A stretch of 64,000 bases of DNA from Octopus vulgaris (GCA_951406725.2 OX597827.1:8742001-8806000), one strand, 5' to 3'; shown: positions 41,036 to 56,362, counted from the first letter of the stretch. Program-made: numbers and translations. Notes: generated by a model from the letters alone, not told the origin.

Positions 41036-42312
41036 AATCATATCTGTGTGTGAGTGTGCATGTGTATATGTGAATGTGTATGTGTGTGTATGTGCATGTG
41101 CCTGTGTATATTTTTTTTCATGAAACACAAATATTAAAAACGGGAAAGGTATACATAAAGGAAGATACTAAGCTTGTTCTACACAAAAAGATTTTGTCAA
41201 AGTTTGATAGAAAAATATTTATGGAACTTTGAAACTGAAAGTTAAAAATGTGAAAATGTGTTACTCACTTTTTGTATATGGAAACAATTTTAAAGATCTG
41301 TTAAGTCTCCAAAAAATAATTTACTAGACTAGATATTTCAGTTGTGTGTTTTGTGTGTGTATACCTTGAAAATTATACTATAATTAGGCAGGTTTATACT
41401 TTTTGTTTCTGTTCTCTTTTTCCTTTTTTCCCCCCTCTTTTTAAAAAAATTGATAATTTTTGGGAGATTTTTTTTTTGTTTGTTTCTCTTTCAAATCATC
41501 TCCAACAATGCAGTACAAAAATTATGTTAAATGAAATTATTTTAAAAGCAAGCAGTGGAAAATAGTGAATGAAATGCAAAAAAAAAAACCCCCAAACATA
41601 TATATATATATTTACAAATATGTAAGATGAACACATACAATAGAATTCTAAGAGTAAGCAGAAAATGGAAGAAAAACAGAAAGAAAGAAAGAAAGAAAGG
41701 AAGAAAAAAGAATGAAACAAAGAAAGAAAGGAAACAAATCACTACTAAATAATGACAGGTGTGAATGTTTTTAAAATAAAATCAAATGTTGTTTATGTAG
41801 ACACTGTCTGTAAATTTTGGTTCCACATCAGGATGAAAGTACATGTTTTTATTATGTAGTGAATTATTTATGTAAAAACAAAACAAAAATAAATACAAAA
41901 CATACACACACATATACATATATATACACATACATACACACATGCAGACACGCATACAACAAACTAACATTTATACCACTCAGTGCCAAGAAATACTAAA
42001 GAATATATTTTGATGACAGAGCAGTCATCAGTTTGATTATAAAGTATACACTTCTATAAATTTTTAATAACATTTTCAAAACAACATAGCATTTATTTCT
42101 CACTTTTAATAATTTTACAATATCTGTGTTGTTGATAAAAAGTACTTTTTTTTTTAATATATATTTTTCTTACTACATTTATTGTTTTGTTTTGTATAAT
42201 TGCCATGCTGATAACTATAGGACACACACACACACACACACACACATGAACACACACACACACACACATACACATACACAAATAATATTTTTTTGTTGTT
42301 TTAAAAACAACC

Positions 42313-42535
42313 ACTTACTTGGTTCAGTAAATGTTTTCCTGTCAGTCGTTATAGAAGATGTGTATCCTGCTGTAGAGTTAGTTAAATAGTAACTGCTACT
42401 GTGGCATCAGTTATTATGGTGTGTGATATAGAACTATGAAAGAGAGGTCTGCAGTCCTATCAAGCAGTGTGCATATGTGTGTGTATGCAATGCCTGCTGC
42501 AGCCAATGAGTAGCTGTCAGAGAGTCACATGGATA
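42313..42535 (-). promoter_or_regulatory. Candidate promoter and non-coding first exon of the protocadherin
   Basis: Strong minus-strand donor CAA|GTAAGT (42318-42313), NF-Y consensus AGCCAATGAG at 42501-42510 and E-box-like GTCACATG at ~42524, all in non-repetitive sequence ~9 kb upstream of the ATG. Confidence 0.45.
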
Positions 42536-43539
42536 GAAACGAATTCTAACTTCAACTTTGCCAGCAAGTAGATTTTAACCTCATAATGAGACATTTGCAA
42601 TTCTTTTAGTTCTTCTAAATATATCTCCTTTTCTCTGTATATATTCAGATAAAACCACCATTACTGTCAAGTTAGGATATGTTCTTAAATGGAATTAATT
42701 TAGTCCCTTGATTCATAGTGTATGCCTGACAGAAAAATTAAGTACTCTCTCTCTATTGTTGCAAAACTTTTATTCTATGCCTCTGAGAGAAGAGAGAGAG
42801 TTTATCTGAGGACTTTGTTATGCACCTAGCATATAACTGTTATCTGACTAAGCGCATGCCTCCTACTGAAAGAAGGTATTGAAAATTGAATCACGTTTTT
42901 AATCAATCTTCTGTGTTAAGAGAAAAATATTATTGATTTTTCTCCTTAATATTAAACATTACATTTTTAGCTATTTTATTTTTCCACTTCCCATCAATTT
43001 TTGACATTTTAAAATGTTTTAAATTCATTATTAGAAGAGTTTTGTTCAGAGTAGAGGAATATAGGGTAATTAGTGAATTAAAATTAAAATTGAATGAGGA
43101 ATAAAAACAATTGTTTTGAATGTAATTAAATCAAAAGGTGGAAAATTCTTTAGCTTTTAGAATATCAACTGAATTTCGAATATTGTTTTATACATTTTTA
43201 GCTTCATTCTTTTTCCATTAAGAATGTTTTATTTCATTTTCTCTTAGTATAACTTGTGCTGATTTAGATTATTACTGTAAATGCTTCAAATTTTTGCTTT
43301 TCTTTACTTTTCATTGTTTTTGTTAACACAATAACACTTTTTTCTTTCAAATTTCAAAAGTAATTAGTAAAAAAATGTTGATTTAATAAATTTTATTTGA
43401 TAAATGAAATTTTCAAGAGTAATAGGCTCTAAACACAGTAAGGATGCTTAGCAATTTGGACACAAATACTCAAAAATGTCAAACTGGAATACTGTATTCT
43501 GATAGCCAAAGTATAAATAGAACTTGTAAGTGTATTAGA

Positions 43540-43975
43540 GTGTATAAGCCACAGAGCAGACATTTTAAGACCATATCCAAGAAAGGCTACTTGACTGATT
43601 CACAAGTTCTTCTTCAACACACTTCAACTCTGGCTCAAAGCCATGCTACCTCTTCTTCCTGTCTTCTCTACTTCTACTATAGTGGTCTATGCTCTTGGGA
43701 GCTGGTTGGCTAATCTCACAGTCACATGTCGCTTCAAGCACTCTACACTCATTCATCTCTCTTGATTTTATCCAGCGACTCTATTTTGGGCTTGAGCCTT
43801 GCACACTTTATCCAGTCTTTCTTCCCCAGAATTTTGGGTTCTTTGGAAATCCCTCCCAGCCTATGGTTATTTTTCCTATAGCCATCAGCCTGTAACTGCT
43901 TAAGAGAAACAGTAAATGCATCAATCTCATCAGTCTTGATAGGCCTACAAAGGCCCAGCACCTTCCACAGGATCT
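43540..43975 (+). mobile_element. Decayed CR1/Jockey-group LINE ORF2 3' end
   Basis: Remnant translation SSSCLLYFYYSGLCSWEL...SFFPRI..LW.SLP...FP resembles the C-terminus of APE-LINE RTs. Confidence 0.55.
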
Positions 43976-44089
43976 AACCAATGAATAATGATAATTGTCT
44001 CTGTTTCGGACACAAATTCATCTACTTTGTGGGATGGAGGTTGGTTGATACCACTGACCTCAGTACTTGACTGATACTTTACGTTTTTA

Positions 44090-44575
44090 AATCCTGAGGA
44101 ATGAAAGGCAGCAATAATCTTAGCAGCAAGATTTGAACTCAGAATATAAAAGTAAGAAATACCTGTTTCTTTACTACCCACAAGGGGCTAAACACAGAGA
44201 GGACAAACAAGGACAGACAAACAGATTAAGACGATTATATCGACCCCAGTGTGTAACTGGTACTTATTTAATCGACTCCGAAAGGATGAAAGGCAAAGTC
44301 AACCTCGGTGGAATTTGAACTCAGAACGTAACGGCAGACGAAATACCTATTTCTTTACTACCCACAAGGGGCTAAACACAGAGAGGACAAACAAGGACAA
44401 ACAAACAGATTAAGACGATTATATCGCCCCCAGTGTGTAACTGGTACTTATTCAATCGACCCCGAAAGGATGAAAGGCAAAGTCGACCTCGGCGGAATTT
44501 GAACTCAGAACTTAACGGCAGCCAAAATACGGCTACACATTTCGCCCGGCGTGCTAACGTTTCCGCAAAGCATTT
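44090..44575 (-). mobile_element. SINE-C tandem array (two young 185-bp units plus an older unit)
   Basis: Units start at ~44156 and ~44341; same junction as at 11431. Confidence 0.85.
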
Positions 44576-45635
44576 TTTCTGACCCTCTAATAATTCTGCC
44601 AGCTCACTGTAACAAAGCCTTTTATAATACATATGTTTTTGTTAACTTCAGAAGGACATGGTAATAGTAAATATCTTAGTGTCTACTATCACTACAAGTC
44701 CAGTTTAAAACCACAAATTTTTCTAATACTTTAATAGTGTCCATATGCTGTAACTTCAAACTATATATTGCTTCAGTGTATTGTAAATGAACTCAGTCTG
44801 TTGTGTTATGTGTGAAACTTGAAACAAGAATTAATTCTAAACTGCTGAGATTCTGAAGGTTTTTTTTTTTAAATTTAAAAAGATAAAATATTTTTTTTTA
44901 AAAATTGCCGTGACTCTTTGAATTACTTGAGTAATTGTAGTGGTGTGTATTCAACAAAATTTGATTGAACACAAACAATATTAAAATAGATTTTACTCAG
45001 TACTATCGGTTTGTAGAGACCATTTAAAATTCAGCTCACGCTAACATCAGAAACGAGTGGTATGAGAGATAAAATGAAATAAAATAATAATAATAATGAT
45101 GATGATGATAATAATAATAAAAGCAGAGCAAAGAACTAGTCAACAAAATATGGACACTAATGTACTTGAATAAAAATGAAAAAAAAACAACAAAATATCA
45201 ATATTAAAATAAAACATTACAAACACTAAACAAAATATTCAAATACAGACACAGAACCGCAGCAGGGAGGAAGAGGGGAAGGGGTTATTAAAAATAATCA
45301 GTTCCTAAAATCTGAGAGTAATTCCGATAAAATGTCCCATAGTCTTTTAATCTGATGATAATTCATAATGTATAGAATAAAATAGAAAATAAAATATATA
45401 AAATTAACAACAGCTCTAACTAAAAGAGAAAACAATGTATGTCTGTCTGTGCACAGCCACACACATACACAAGAATGCACTCATGAAATAATACTATGTT
45501 GCTGGTACATAACCATTACACCGAGGCCTATAAGGACGTATATAAGTAAAATAGAAGCTATAATGGCTTTATGTGTGTGCATATATGTGTATGTATGTGT
45601 GTGAGTATGTCTGTGTGTGTAAATATATGTCTGTG

Positions 45636-45818
<183 letters not shown>

Positions 45819-46013
45819 TAGATGCATGTACATATATGTGGTCCTATGTTCTGGTTCAAATTCTGCTGATGTTGACTTTGTCAATGTGGTGGACTTTGTC
45901 AATGAAATAAGTACCAGCTGAGCACAAGAACTGATGTAATCAACTGGTCCCCTCCCCCAGAATTTCAGGTCTTGGGCCTATAGTAGAAAGAATTATTATT
46001 ATTATTATTATTA

Positions 46014-46485
46014 ATGCCTTTGCACAGCTTCTAACACTGGACATGTACTACAGTGTCAGCTGTTCACTAGCAGTGAACTAAGGTAACACCTCTTATTTTT
46101 CGAGCACCTTCCGGAGTATTCAAGCGGTTCCAAGCAGTGCTGTTTTTCTGCAAGTGCTCCACCCTTATTGCAGCCTCTATTTGTTCCAAGTACTTCTCGA
46201 AATTTTTACTCACTGTTCCCAGGGCTTCGACAGTTATTGGTACCACTACCACCTTTTTCATCGACCACAACTGCTTAACCTCCCAAGCTAACCTGTCATA
46301 TCTCATGACTTTTCTTTCTTCCTTATTGCATACCTTGTTGTCAGCTGGGCATGCTATATCTATGATCCAGCATAGTTTACTTTCTTTCTCAATTAAGACT
46401 ATGTCTGGCTTCCTATTCTCTATCTCATGGTCGCACTGAATCATAAAATCTCCTACTCTCTATCTCATGGTCGCACTGAATCATA
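46014..46485 (-). mobile_element. R4/Dong-clade non-LTR retrotransposon 3' fragment (RLE endonuclease) in (TAA)n
   Basis: RKPDIVLIEK..IIDIACP..KEERK..RY..L..E...W......VPI...LG..LQK is the PD-(D/E)xK RLE motif. TAA arrays lie on both sides, matching the known Dong target preference. Confidence 0.88.
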
Positions 46486-46500
46486 TTATTATTATTATTA

Positions 46501-46544
<44 letters not shown>

Positions 46545-46575
46545 ATCACCATCATCGTCGTTGTTGTTGTTGTTG

Positions 46576-46693
<118 letters not shown>

Positions 46694-47015
46694 TAAGGCA
46701 GAGAGCTGGCAGAATTGTTAGCATACTGGGCAAAATGTTTAGTAGTAGTAGTAGTAGTAGCAGTAGTAGTATCTTTATTATTAAGTTGGAGAGCTGGTAG
46801 AAGTGCTAGCATGCCAGACAAAATGCTCAGCAGCATTTTGTCCATCTCTATGTTCTGAGTTCAAATTCTACTGTGGTGGACTTTGTCTTTCATCTTGTCA
46901 GGGTCGATAAAATCAATACCAGTTGAGCACAGGGGTTGATGGATGTAATTGACTTCTTCTTCCCCTGAGATTGCTGGCCTTGTGCAAAAATTTTTAAACC
47001 ATTATTATTATCATT

Positions 47016-47046
<31 letters not shown>

Positions 47047-47050
47047 TCAT

Positions 47051-47430
47051 AGACGTTGCACAGTATACAATATCAAGAGGTTGTTGATTGAAGATATTGT
47101 GTCTACCAGGGGTTTGTATAGTTTGTCAAGTCACAACAAGGGCCTCAGACAGAGAGTACTTTAGGTAACATGCATGCAGTTCCAAGTAATGCCGACTTTT
47201 GCAATAAACCTAGATTGTAGGGTATTTCTAAAGTTTTCAGATGCTTTTTTCAGATTGGGTGGTATTGACAATAGGGATAACCTTTATGTTTGACTTTCGG
47301 AGCTGCTACATTTTAGCGATTTCAGTTGTCACGTTTCCATAATTATCAACCATTTCTCTTTCTTTTATGAGGATATGTTGATCTCATGGCACTGCCATGT
47401 CAATTATTAGGCTCTCTTCTTTGTCCCTCT
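47051..47430 (-). mobile_element. Second, divergent R4/Dong-like RLE fragment in (TAA)n
   Basis: Degenerate SLIIDMAVP*D....KERE..DNY....EIAKM..KVIPIV...LQKSALLGTA. Confidence 0.75.
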
Positions 47431-47446
47431 ATTACTATTATTATTA

Positions 47447-47501
<55 letters not shown>

Positions 47502-47757
47502 CATTATTATTATTATTATTATTGAAGCCAGTGAGCTGACAGAATAATAGCTGCATCAGACAAAATGCTTAGCAGCATTTCGTCCTTTTGAGTTTCAATT
47601 CAACCAAGTTGACTTTACCTTTCATCCTTTCATGGGCAAGAGAATAAGTACCAGTTGTGTACTGAAGTTCATGTAATAAATTTACCCCTTGCCCTGAAAT
47701 TGCTGGCCTGATGCCAAAATTAAAAAGAATTATTATTATCATTATCATTATTATTAC

Positions 47758-47801
<44 letters not shown>

Positions 47802-47806
<5 letters not shown>

Positions 47807-48138
47807 TCCACCTTAGAGAAGGTGGAGGTACTGTTTTCAGTTGTATTTGCTTATTGGTCCGTAGACAAGATATCTCAAGAACTGCTGGATGGATTCAGAT
47901 GAAACTTTCAGCGATGCTTGGCCTCATGACTAGCATGAACTGGTTAGATTTTGGGATTCATCTAGTACAGGACAAGGATTCTAGATTGAGTCGTCAGGTT
48001 CATTTTTAGTATTCTAGTTTGTGAGAGCAGTCGAGTTTATTTCAAATATTCACCTTTTAAAAAATCATCCCTGGCTAATCATTGAGATGACATTGGTATT
48101 GCTTTGGCAGAGGTTTGTGCTCTCTGAGTGCTCTTGTT
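47802..48138 (+). mobile_element. Non-autonomous Helentron derivative (HINE/DINE-1-like)
   Basis: 5' palindrome ACCTCCACC..GGTGGAGGT, 3' subTIR GGCAGAGGT, terminal stem-loop GTGCTCTCTGAGTGC and TT target. A 3' fragment also occurs at 18600-18742. Confidence 0.7.
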
Positions 48139-48142
48139 GTTG

Positions 48143-48200
<58 letters not shown>

Positions 48201-48381
48201 GGTGGTGAGCTGGCAGAATTGTTAGCACACCAGGCAAAATACTTAGCAGTATCCATCGAGGTCAACTTTTTCTTTCATCCTTTTGGGGTCGACAAATTAA
48301 GTACCAGTTGCGAACTGGGGGTCGATCTAATCAACTGGTCCCTTCACCCCAAATTTCAGGCCTTGTGCCTATAGTAGAAAC

Positions 48382-48454
<73 letters not shown>

Positions 48455-48724
48455 AGTTACATGTACCATAGCTTTTAGTTTCAAATATATACAATTGTTC
48501 AAACTAGTCATCTGAAGCTTTAGCTTCAAACAAACTATACACATACTAATTTCTGTATTGAGTTCTTTTCCCACTTCACATTTGTAAACACACGCTTTCA
48601 ACTGTCATCTTAATCTAAGAACTAAGTGGACACATATATTTACATAAATAGTACAGATTTGGATGTGCGTATGTAATGTAGGTGGTATGTGTATGAATAT
48701 ATTTATATATCTCTGTCTGTCTGC

Positions 48725-49098
<374 letters not shown>

Positions 49099-49231
49099 GC
49101 CAGTCCCCTGTTTCCACACACATATATCATATGCGTGTGAAAATATATATATTTTCTACATATTATATTATTATATATACATACACACACATATACACAC
49201 ATACATATACAAATACACACACATACTTACA

Positions 49232-49265
<34 letters not shown>

Positions 49266-49788
49266 ATACACACATGAAATATAGAAGCAGAAAGACCAAC
49301 ACATATAATATATATATTTATATAAAAGAGACCTGACACATAGTTGTTAACAAAGCTGTATGTTAGGTAGTTAGTTCCACATCTACTTTTAAACACATTC
49401 ATATAGAAAATAGAGTTTATTATATATTAAGAAGATCTTTGAATGGTCTCAGTTGAGTTTAGGCTTTTTTTTTTAATATATTTTTGTTAGTAGTTTTTTT
49501 TATCGTTTTATTTCGTTTTTATTTTTGTTTTTGTTTCGACTTGTCTTCTCTCTTTGCTTACTAACAATGAAGATCATTGGGTGAGCACCAGTATGACTGT
49601 TCTGGCTGGGAATCACAGCATAATGATTCCATTGACTAAGACATAAGTGACAAGCATATGTCTGTAGCTGTTACATCAAAGTCGTTCATTCTATATTGGT
49701 TAGCAACCAATACTAATGAACTAGGTCCTTTCTTATCCATCAATGATCAGTGATCAGACAATGTTAAAACAGTTTCAGTGAAGGAGAG

Positions 49789-51047
49789 GTGGTGGTGGTG
49801 GTGATGGTGGTGGTGGTGGTGGTGGTGGTGGTGGTGGTGGTGGTGGTGGTGGTGATGGTGGTGGTGGCAACAGCAGCAGTCTTGGTGGCAATGGTGGTGA
49901 TGGCGGTGTTGTTTGTGGTAAAGGTGGTGGTGGTGGAGATGGTAGCAATCATGGCTTTCATGGTTGTGGTTTTGGTGATGTTTAATAATGGCAATGATGA
50001 TGGTGGTAGTAGTGGTGGTGGTGGTGGTGGTGGTGGTGGTGGTGGTGGTGGTGGTGGTGGTGGTGATGGCAAAGCTAGTGGTAGGAATGGCTTTGATGGT
50101 TGTTGTATTGGAGATGTTAGTAATGGTGGTGTCTATAGTGGCAATGGTGATGGTTGTGGTGGTAGTGTTAGAACTAGTGGTAGAATAATGGTCATGGTGG
50201 TGGTGGTGGTGGTTGTGGTGGTGGTTGTGGTGGTGGTGTTAGAACTAGTGGTAGAATAATGGTCATGGTGGTGGTGGTGGTGGTGGTGGTGGTGGTGGTG
50301 GTGGTGGTGGTGGTGGTGTTAGAACTAGTGGTAGGATAATGGTGGTGGTGGTTGTGGTGGTGGTGTTAGAGCTAGTGGTAATCATGGCTTTGATGGTTGT
50401 GGTATTAGTGATCTTAGTAATGGTAATGATGATGAGAGTAGTGATGTTGGCAGTAGTGGTGTTGGTGGTAAGGCGTATTGGTGTTAATGGTGGTGGTGAT
50501 GGTGGTGGCAATAGTGATGGTAATGGTTCTCATCATAATGTTGATGTTGCTTTTGGATGTAATGCTGGTAATGATAATGGTGGTGATAGTGGTAGTAGTA
50601 GTAGTAGTAGCAGAAGCAGCAGCAGTAGGAGTAGCGGTGGTGGTGGTGGTAGTGGTGGTGGTGGTGGTGGTGGTGGTGGTGGAGGTGGCGGCGGCGATGG
50701 TGGTGGTGGTGGTGGTGGTGGTAGCAGAGCTGCTAGTGGTTGGTCTTGGTGATAATGTTAATGATGATGAGTGGTGGTGATACTAGCAGTAATAATGATG
50801 GTACTAGTGGTAGTCATAGCATTGATGGTGATGGTGGAGAGGATAATAATGGTGGTAATGGTGTTGATAGTGGTGATATCCATGATGGTGTGATAATAGT
50901 GGTGGTGAGGATTGTTGTGGTGGTGGCGAAGAGCGATACCAGTGATGTAATGGTGATGGTGGTGATGTTAGTGGTGGTGGTGATGGTGGTGATGGTGGTG
51001 GTGGTGGTGGTAGTGGTGGGTGGTGGTGGTGGTGGTGGTGGTGGTAG
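49789..51047. repeat. (TGG)n-rich low-complexity block with internal duplications
   Basis: TGG/TGA/TAG triplets; GTGTTAGAACTAGTGGTAG is repeated 3-4 times. Confidence 0.9.
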
Positions 51048-51399
51048 ATGATGTATGTTTTCTACAGAACTGCAATAAACACATTATATATAGAAAGTAT
51101 ACTCTGTACGTATGTGTGTATGTGTGTGTGTGTGCAGATGTGTGGGTGTGTGTATGTGGGCAGAGGGATTGTCTGTTTATAGTTAAAGAACACAAAAAAT
51201 ACATTACAGCAAAAAAATCTTTTTTAAATACCTCTTACAGCAGTAAAAATCGCTTACAGTAGTGTTACGCTTTAGATTTTAAGATGAGTGAAATAAGATG
51301 TTGAGATGTTCATGCCATTCCTATAAGCATTTGGTACAGTGGAAGAAAGATAATGGGGAAAAGAGGAAACTATAGTACAAAGTAAATATTTCTTTGTGA

Positions 51400-52815
51400 T
51401 TTTAACACTAGGCCAGCAGTTTTGGGAGGAGGGGATAAATTGATTTAAATCGACCCCAGTACTCAACTGGTACTTATTTTATCAATCCCAAAAAGATGAA
51501 AGTCCCTGGTGGGATTTGAACTCAGAACCTAAAGATGGATGAAATGCCACAAAACATTTCACTCAGCGTGCAACCGATTCTGCTTCGAATTTTGGCCCAA
51601 GGCTAGGAATTTTGGGGGAGCAGGAAATCGATTACATCAACCCTAGTACTCAACTGGTACTTATTTTATCAAACCTTGAGGATGAAAAGCTAAGTTGGCC
51701 GCAGTGGCATTTGAACTCAGAACCTACTGGTAGATGTAATGCCACTAAGTTTTACACCCATCAGGCTGATGATTCTGACAGCTTGCCACCTTGTAAGGTC
51801 AGTAATATTGAGAGTAAGGGGGAGTCGATTATGTCAATCGCAGTACTCAGTTGGTAATTATTTTATTGGCCCCAAAAGGATTCAATATAAAGTCAACCTT
51901 GGTAGCATTTAAGCTCAGAACATAAAGGGCCAGAAGAAATGCTGCCAAGCATCTTGTCTAACAAAGTAACAATTCTGCTAGCTCACTGTTTTCTTTGTTT
52001 GTTTGTTCCTTCTCGAGCCATGCCTGGCTCATAAGGGCCAGTTTCCCAGTTTCCTTGGCGTATAGGTTCCCCACCTGGATGGGACGCCAGTCTGTCGCAG
52101 GTGAGCTGCAAGATGCAGGAGGAAAGAGTGAGAGAAAGTTGTGGTGAAAGAGCCAGCAGAAGTTCGCCATTACTTTCTGCCAGAGCCGCATGGAATTTAG
52201 GTGTTTTGCTCATAAACACACACATCGCCCAGTCTGAGATTCGAACCCACGATCCCTAGACTGTGAGTCTACTGCTCTAACCACTAAGCCATGTGCCTCC
52301 ACTAGCTCACAGTTTTAGAGCAACGTAAATAATAAGATATAGGAAGTTTTAGAATTTGAGTGTGAAGAGTACCAAAGTAATAATTTTAAATCTTGGCATA
52401 ATGCCAGCAATTTTGGGGCAAGGTCTAAATTGATTACATTGACCCCAGTACTCAACTGGTACTTATTCTATTAACTTTGAATGTTTCAAAGGGAAAGTCA
52501 TCCTCTATGGAATTTGAATTCAGAAAGTAAGGACGGATGAAATGCTACAAAGCAATTTGCTCACTGTGGTAACAATTCTGCCAGCTCACTGTCTTGAAGA
52601 ATTGCTAAATAATGGTTTCAAATTAAATTACAAGGTCAGTAAATTTGGGGCAGGGGATAAGTCAATGACTTAACTGGTACTTATTTTATTGACCCTGAAA
52701 GGATGAAAGGCAAGGTCAACTTAGGCAGAATTTGAACTCAAAACACATGGACAAACGAGTTACCACAAAGCATTCTGCCTGGTGTGCTAATAATTCTGCC
52801 TGTTCACCACCTTGA
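51400..52815 (-). mobile_element. Array of degraded SINE-C copies, interrupted by SINE-B (51990-52301, - strand)
   Basis: Repeated GACCCCAGTACTCAACTGGTACTT...TTTGAACTCAGAA modules in the same orientation. Confidence 0.75.
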
Positions 52816-52829
52816 AGAATTTTTTATCT

Positions 52830-53038
52830 CTCTTTTATCTTTTACTTGTTTCAGTCATTTGACTGCGGCCATGCTGGAGCACCGCCTTTAGTCGAGAAAA
52901 TCGACCCCAGGACTTATTCTTTGTAAGCCCAGTACTTATGCTATCGGTCTCTTTTGCCGAACCACTAAGTGACGGGGACGTAAACACACCAGCATCGGTT
53001 GTCAAGCAATGCTAGGGGGACAAACACAGACACACAAG

Positions 53039-53074
<36 letters not shown>

Positions 53075-53250
53075 CATATATACGACAGGCTTCTTTCAGT
53101 TTCCGTCTACCAAATCCACTCACAAGGCTTTGGTCGGCCCGGGGCTATAGCAGAAGACACTTGACTTGCCCAAGATGCCACACAGTGGGACTGAACCCGG
53201 AACCATGTGGTTGGTTAGCAAGCTACTTACCACACAGCCACTCCTGCGCC
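52830..53250 (-). mobile_element. SINE-A
   Basis: Homologous to 31-437. Confidence 0.9.
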
Positions 53251-53572
53251 TATGGTATGGTATTTTATCAATGCTGAAACAATGAAAGGCAAAGTTGATC
53301 TGACCAGGATTTTAGCTCCAAAGATAAAGAGCCAGGACAAATATAGCAAAGCATTTTCCCAACACGCTGCAATGATTCTTTCAAGCCATCACTCTTATAA
53401 TGATGATGATGAGGATGATGATGAAGGTGGTGGTGGTGGTGGTGGTGGTGGTGATGAGCGAGTATAGTTTCAGACAGCAGTATTTATTATTTTAAACTAG
53501 CATAATCCTTAAGATGATAGAGTTATGCAGCTGAAAAGAACTATTATCTGTCTGACTGTTTGTCTATCACTG

Positions 53573-53637
<65 letters not shown>

Positions 53638-53815
53638 ATCTCTGTTTCTCTTTCTCTCCCTCTAAATAGATAGATAGGTAAAACAGACAGGTATATGTAC
53701 ATATCACCATCATCATCATCATCAACATCATTTACTGTCCATTTTCCATTCTGGCATAAGTAGAATGGTTTGACAGGAAAATATATATCTATAAGTATAT
53801 ATATTCATATATATG

Positions 53816-53863
<48 letters not shown>

Positions 53864-53921
53864 CATATACATACACATATGTGTATGTGTGTTTGTGTGT
53901 GTGTGTATGCATATATAGATG

Positions 53922-54327
53922 AAGAAGTGGTTGTGTGGAAAGAAGCTTACTTCCCAACCACATGGTTCTGGGTTCAGTCCCACAGCGTGGCACCTTGGGC
54001 AAGTGTCTTCTATAGCCTCGGGCTGACCAAAGCCTTGTGAGTGGATTTAGTAGAAGGAAACTGAAAGAAGCCTGCCATGTGTGTATGTGTGTGTGTGTGT
54101 GTGTGTATGTATTTGTGTTTGTGTCTGTGTTTGTCCTCGCACCATTACTTGACAACTTATGTTGGTATGTTTTTATACCCCCATAACTTAGTGGTTCATG
54201 AAAAGAGACCGATAGAATAAGTACTAGGCTTATTAAGAATAAGTCCTGGGGTCGATCTGTTCGACTACAGGTGGTGCTCCAGCATGGCTGTAGTCAAATG
54301 ACTGAAACAAGTAAAAGAATAAAAGAA
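53922..54327 (+). mobile_element. SINE-A (older)
   Basis: Homologous to SINE-A, more diverged. Confidence 0.85.
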
Positions 54328-55813
54328 TATATATTTACATACAATAACACGCACACACACACGACATTGTCCTATTCACAAGGCACCACCTTTTCTGTAC
54401 TGGTGCCAGCTGATAGGTCAGACTCCAGTAAAGTGACACATATGTAAGGCAATCTTTCTAGTGCTGGGACCTCAAAGTAGATTCTGTAAAGAATTTGGCA
54501 AATTGAACAGAGAATGCATAATGTACTGAGGCACCTTTATTTGACCTCTCTAGTATTGTTGGCATCATATGTTTGAGCCGCAGTCTATGTGAGAAGCAGC
54601 TCTCAATTAGAGATGGCTCAAACTTTGATGGGCCCATCTGACTCATGCCAACATGCAAAGTGGATGTAAAAATGATAATGATGATGGTCTCTCACACACA
54701 CACACACGTGCGTGCCCACAAACACACACATGCCCCCCCACACACGCCCCCCCCCCCCCCGACACACACACTCATCATATGAGCAAGTACTCAAAACATT
54801 TACTCATGATAGACTGATGATTTGCTACATACTCACAATAAGTTTTTCACTTCTTTTAATTACCATTTCAGTCACTGAACTGTGGTCATGCTGGAGCACC
54901 ACCTTGATACTGGGACACCAGCATGTGATTTTTATTTGTAGAAATATAGCAACATAAAAACACGTCTCTGTACCCCACTCTTTCTCTCTTTTTGTTTGCC
55001 TATCTTTCTATCACATTAATAGTGTTTCTTTCTCTCTCTCTCTCTCTCTCTTTCCTTCTCTCACTTTGTCTGTCTGTCTTTCTCTCACACTAGGACTTTT
55101 CTCTCTCTTTCACACACACAAATACATATACATACATCTTTCTCTCTTTTTCTCTATCTCTCCCTCACATAGTAATACTCTCTCACTCACATATGTAGTA
55201 ATACCCTTCTCTTTCTCTTTCATTCTATCCCTCTCTCTCCCACTCTCATCTTTCACACAATAATAGAGAAAGATATATTAAGTATATAACTACACATGTG
55301 AGCAAACAGAATTCTGGAATATATTAAAATTATAAAACAAAATAATTTTCTTCAATTTCTTTTCTTTTTTACATGAACAAAAAGCTTCAGATTTATATGA
55401 AATGAAAATTTGACTGTGAAATGACATCTCGAATTTAATTAGGAATAAAAATACAATGAAACCAGTTCTAAAACTAAGAAGTGTATGTTGATGTCAGCAC
55501 TAAGGCTTGCCAAACTTCTTATGATGACATTTGCCACTTCACCTTTTAGCAAGAATATTTCCAATGAAATACATCATGTTTCAACTACGTTTGAAAATAA
55601 CTAAGAATTTAGTAAATTAACTGAGTTTTACTTTATTAAAATGGTGTTTGAAGCAAAAATTTCTTTAAGGAAATAAAAATAGGGAGAGGTCTGATTTAAA
55701 TACAAACATTTTAAAGTGACAGGTTTTATATCATCGAACCAGGGTTGGACTCAGGTGGGTTAATATCATAACATTTAATATAAGTGTTCAAGCTATTATC
55801 TGATATGAGTAGA

Positions 55814-55894
<81 letters not shown>

Positions 55895-55919
55895 TGTGTC
55901 TGTGTGTTTGTGTGTGTGT

Positions 55920-56362
55920 TTAAGAAGTTTGCTTCTAACCATGTGCTTTGGGTTTAGTCCTATTGCATGGCAACTTAGGCAAATGTGTTCTACTATAGCC
56001 CTTGGCCAAACAAAGCTTTGTGAGTGGATTTGATAAACAAAAAAACTAAAAGAAGTCCATCATCTATGTGTATGTATACATGCCTGTTTGCTTTGTGTGT
56101 TTGTGTGTGTATGTGTATGTGTTTGTGCTCCGTTGTCTTAATATTAGCGATTGTTGTAAGTAAGTGTCACTGTCATACAGATAGTGTAATTTATTTCTAA
56201 TCTTCCTTGAAACACACATTTGTTAAAGGGAAAATATTATCTTGTTTGGAAACAGGTAAAGGTTGGCAACAGAAAAGGCATCTTATTGTAGAAAATCTGT
56301 TTCAACAAATTCTGTCTGACCCATGTAAGTTTGGAAAAGTGTATGTTAAAATGATGACGACA

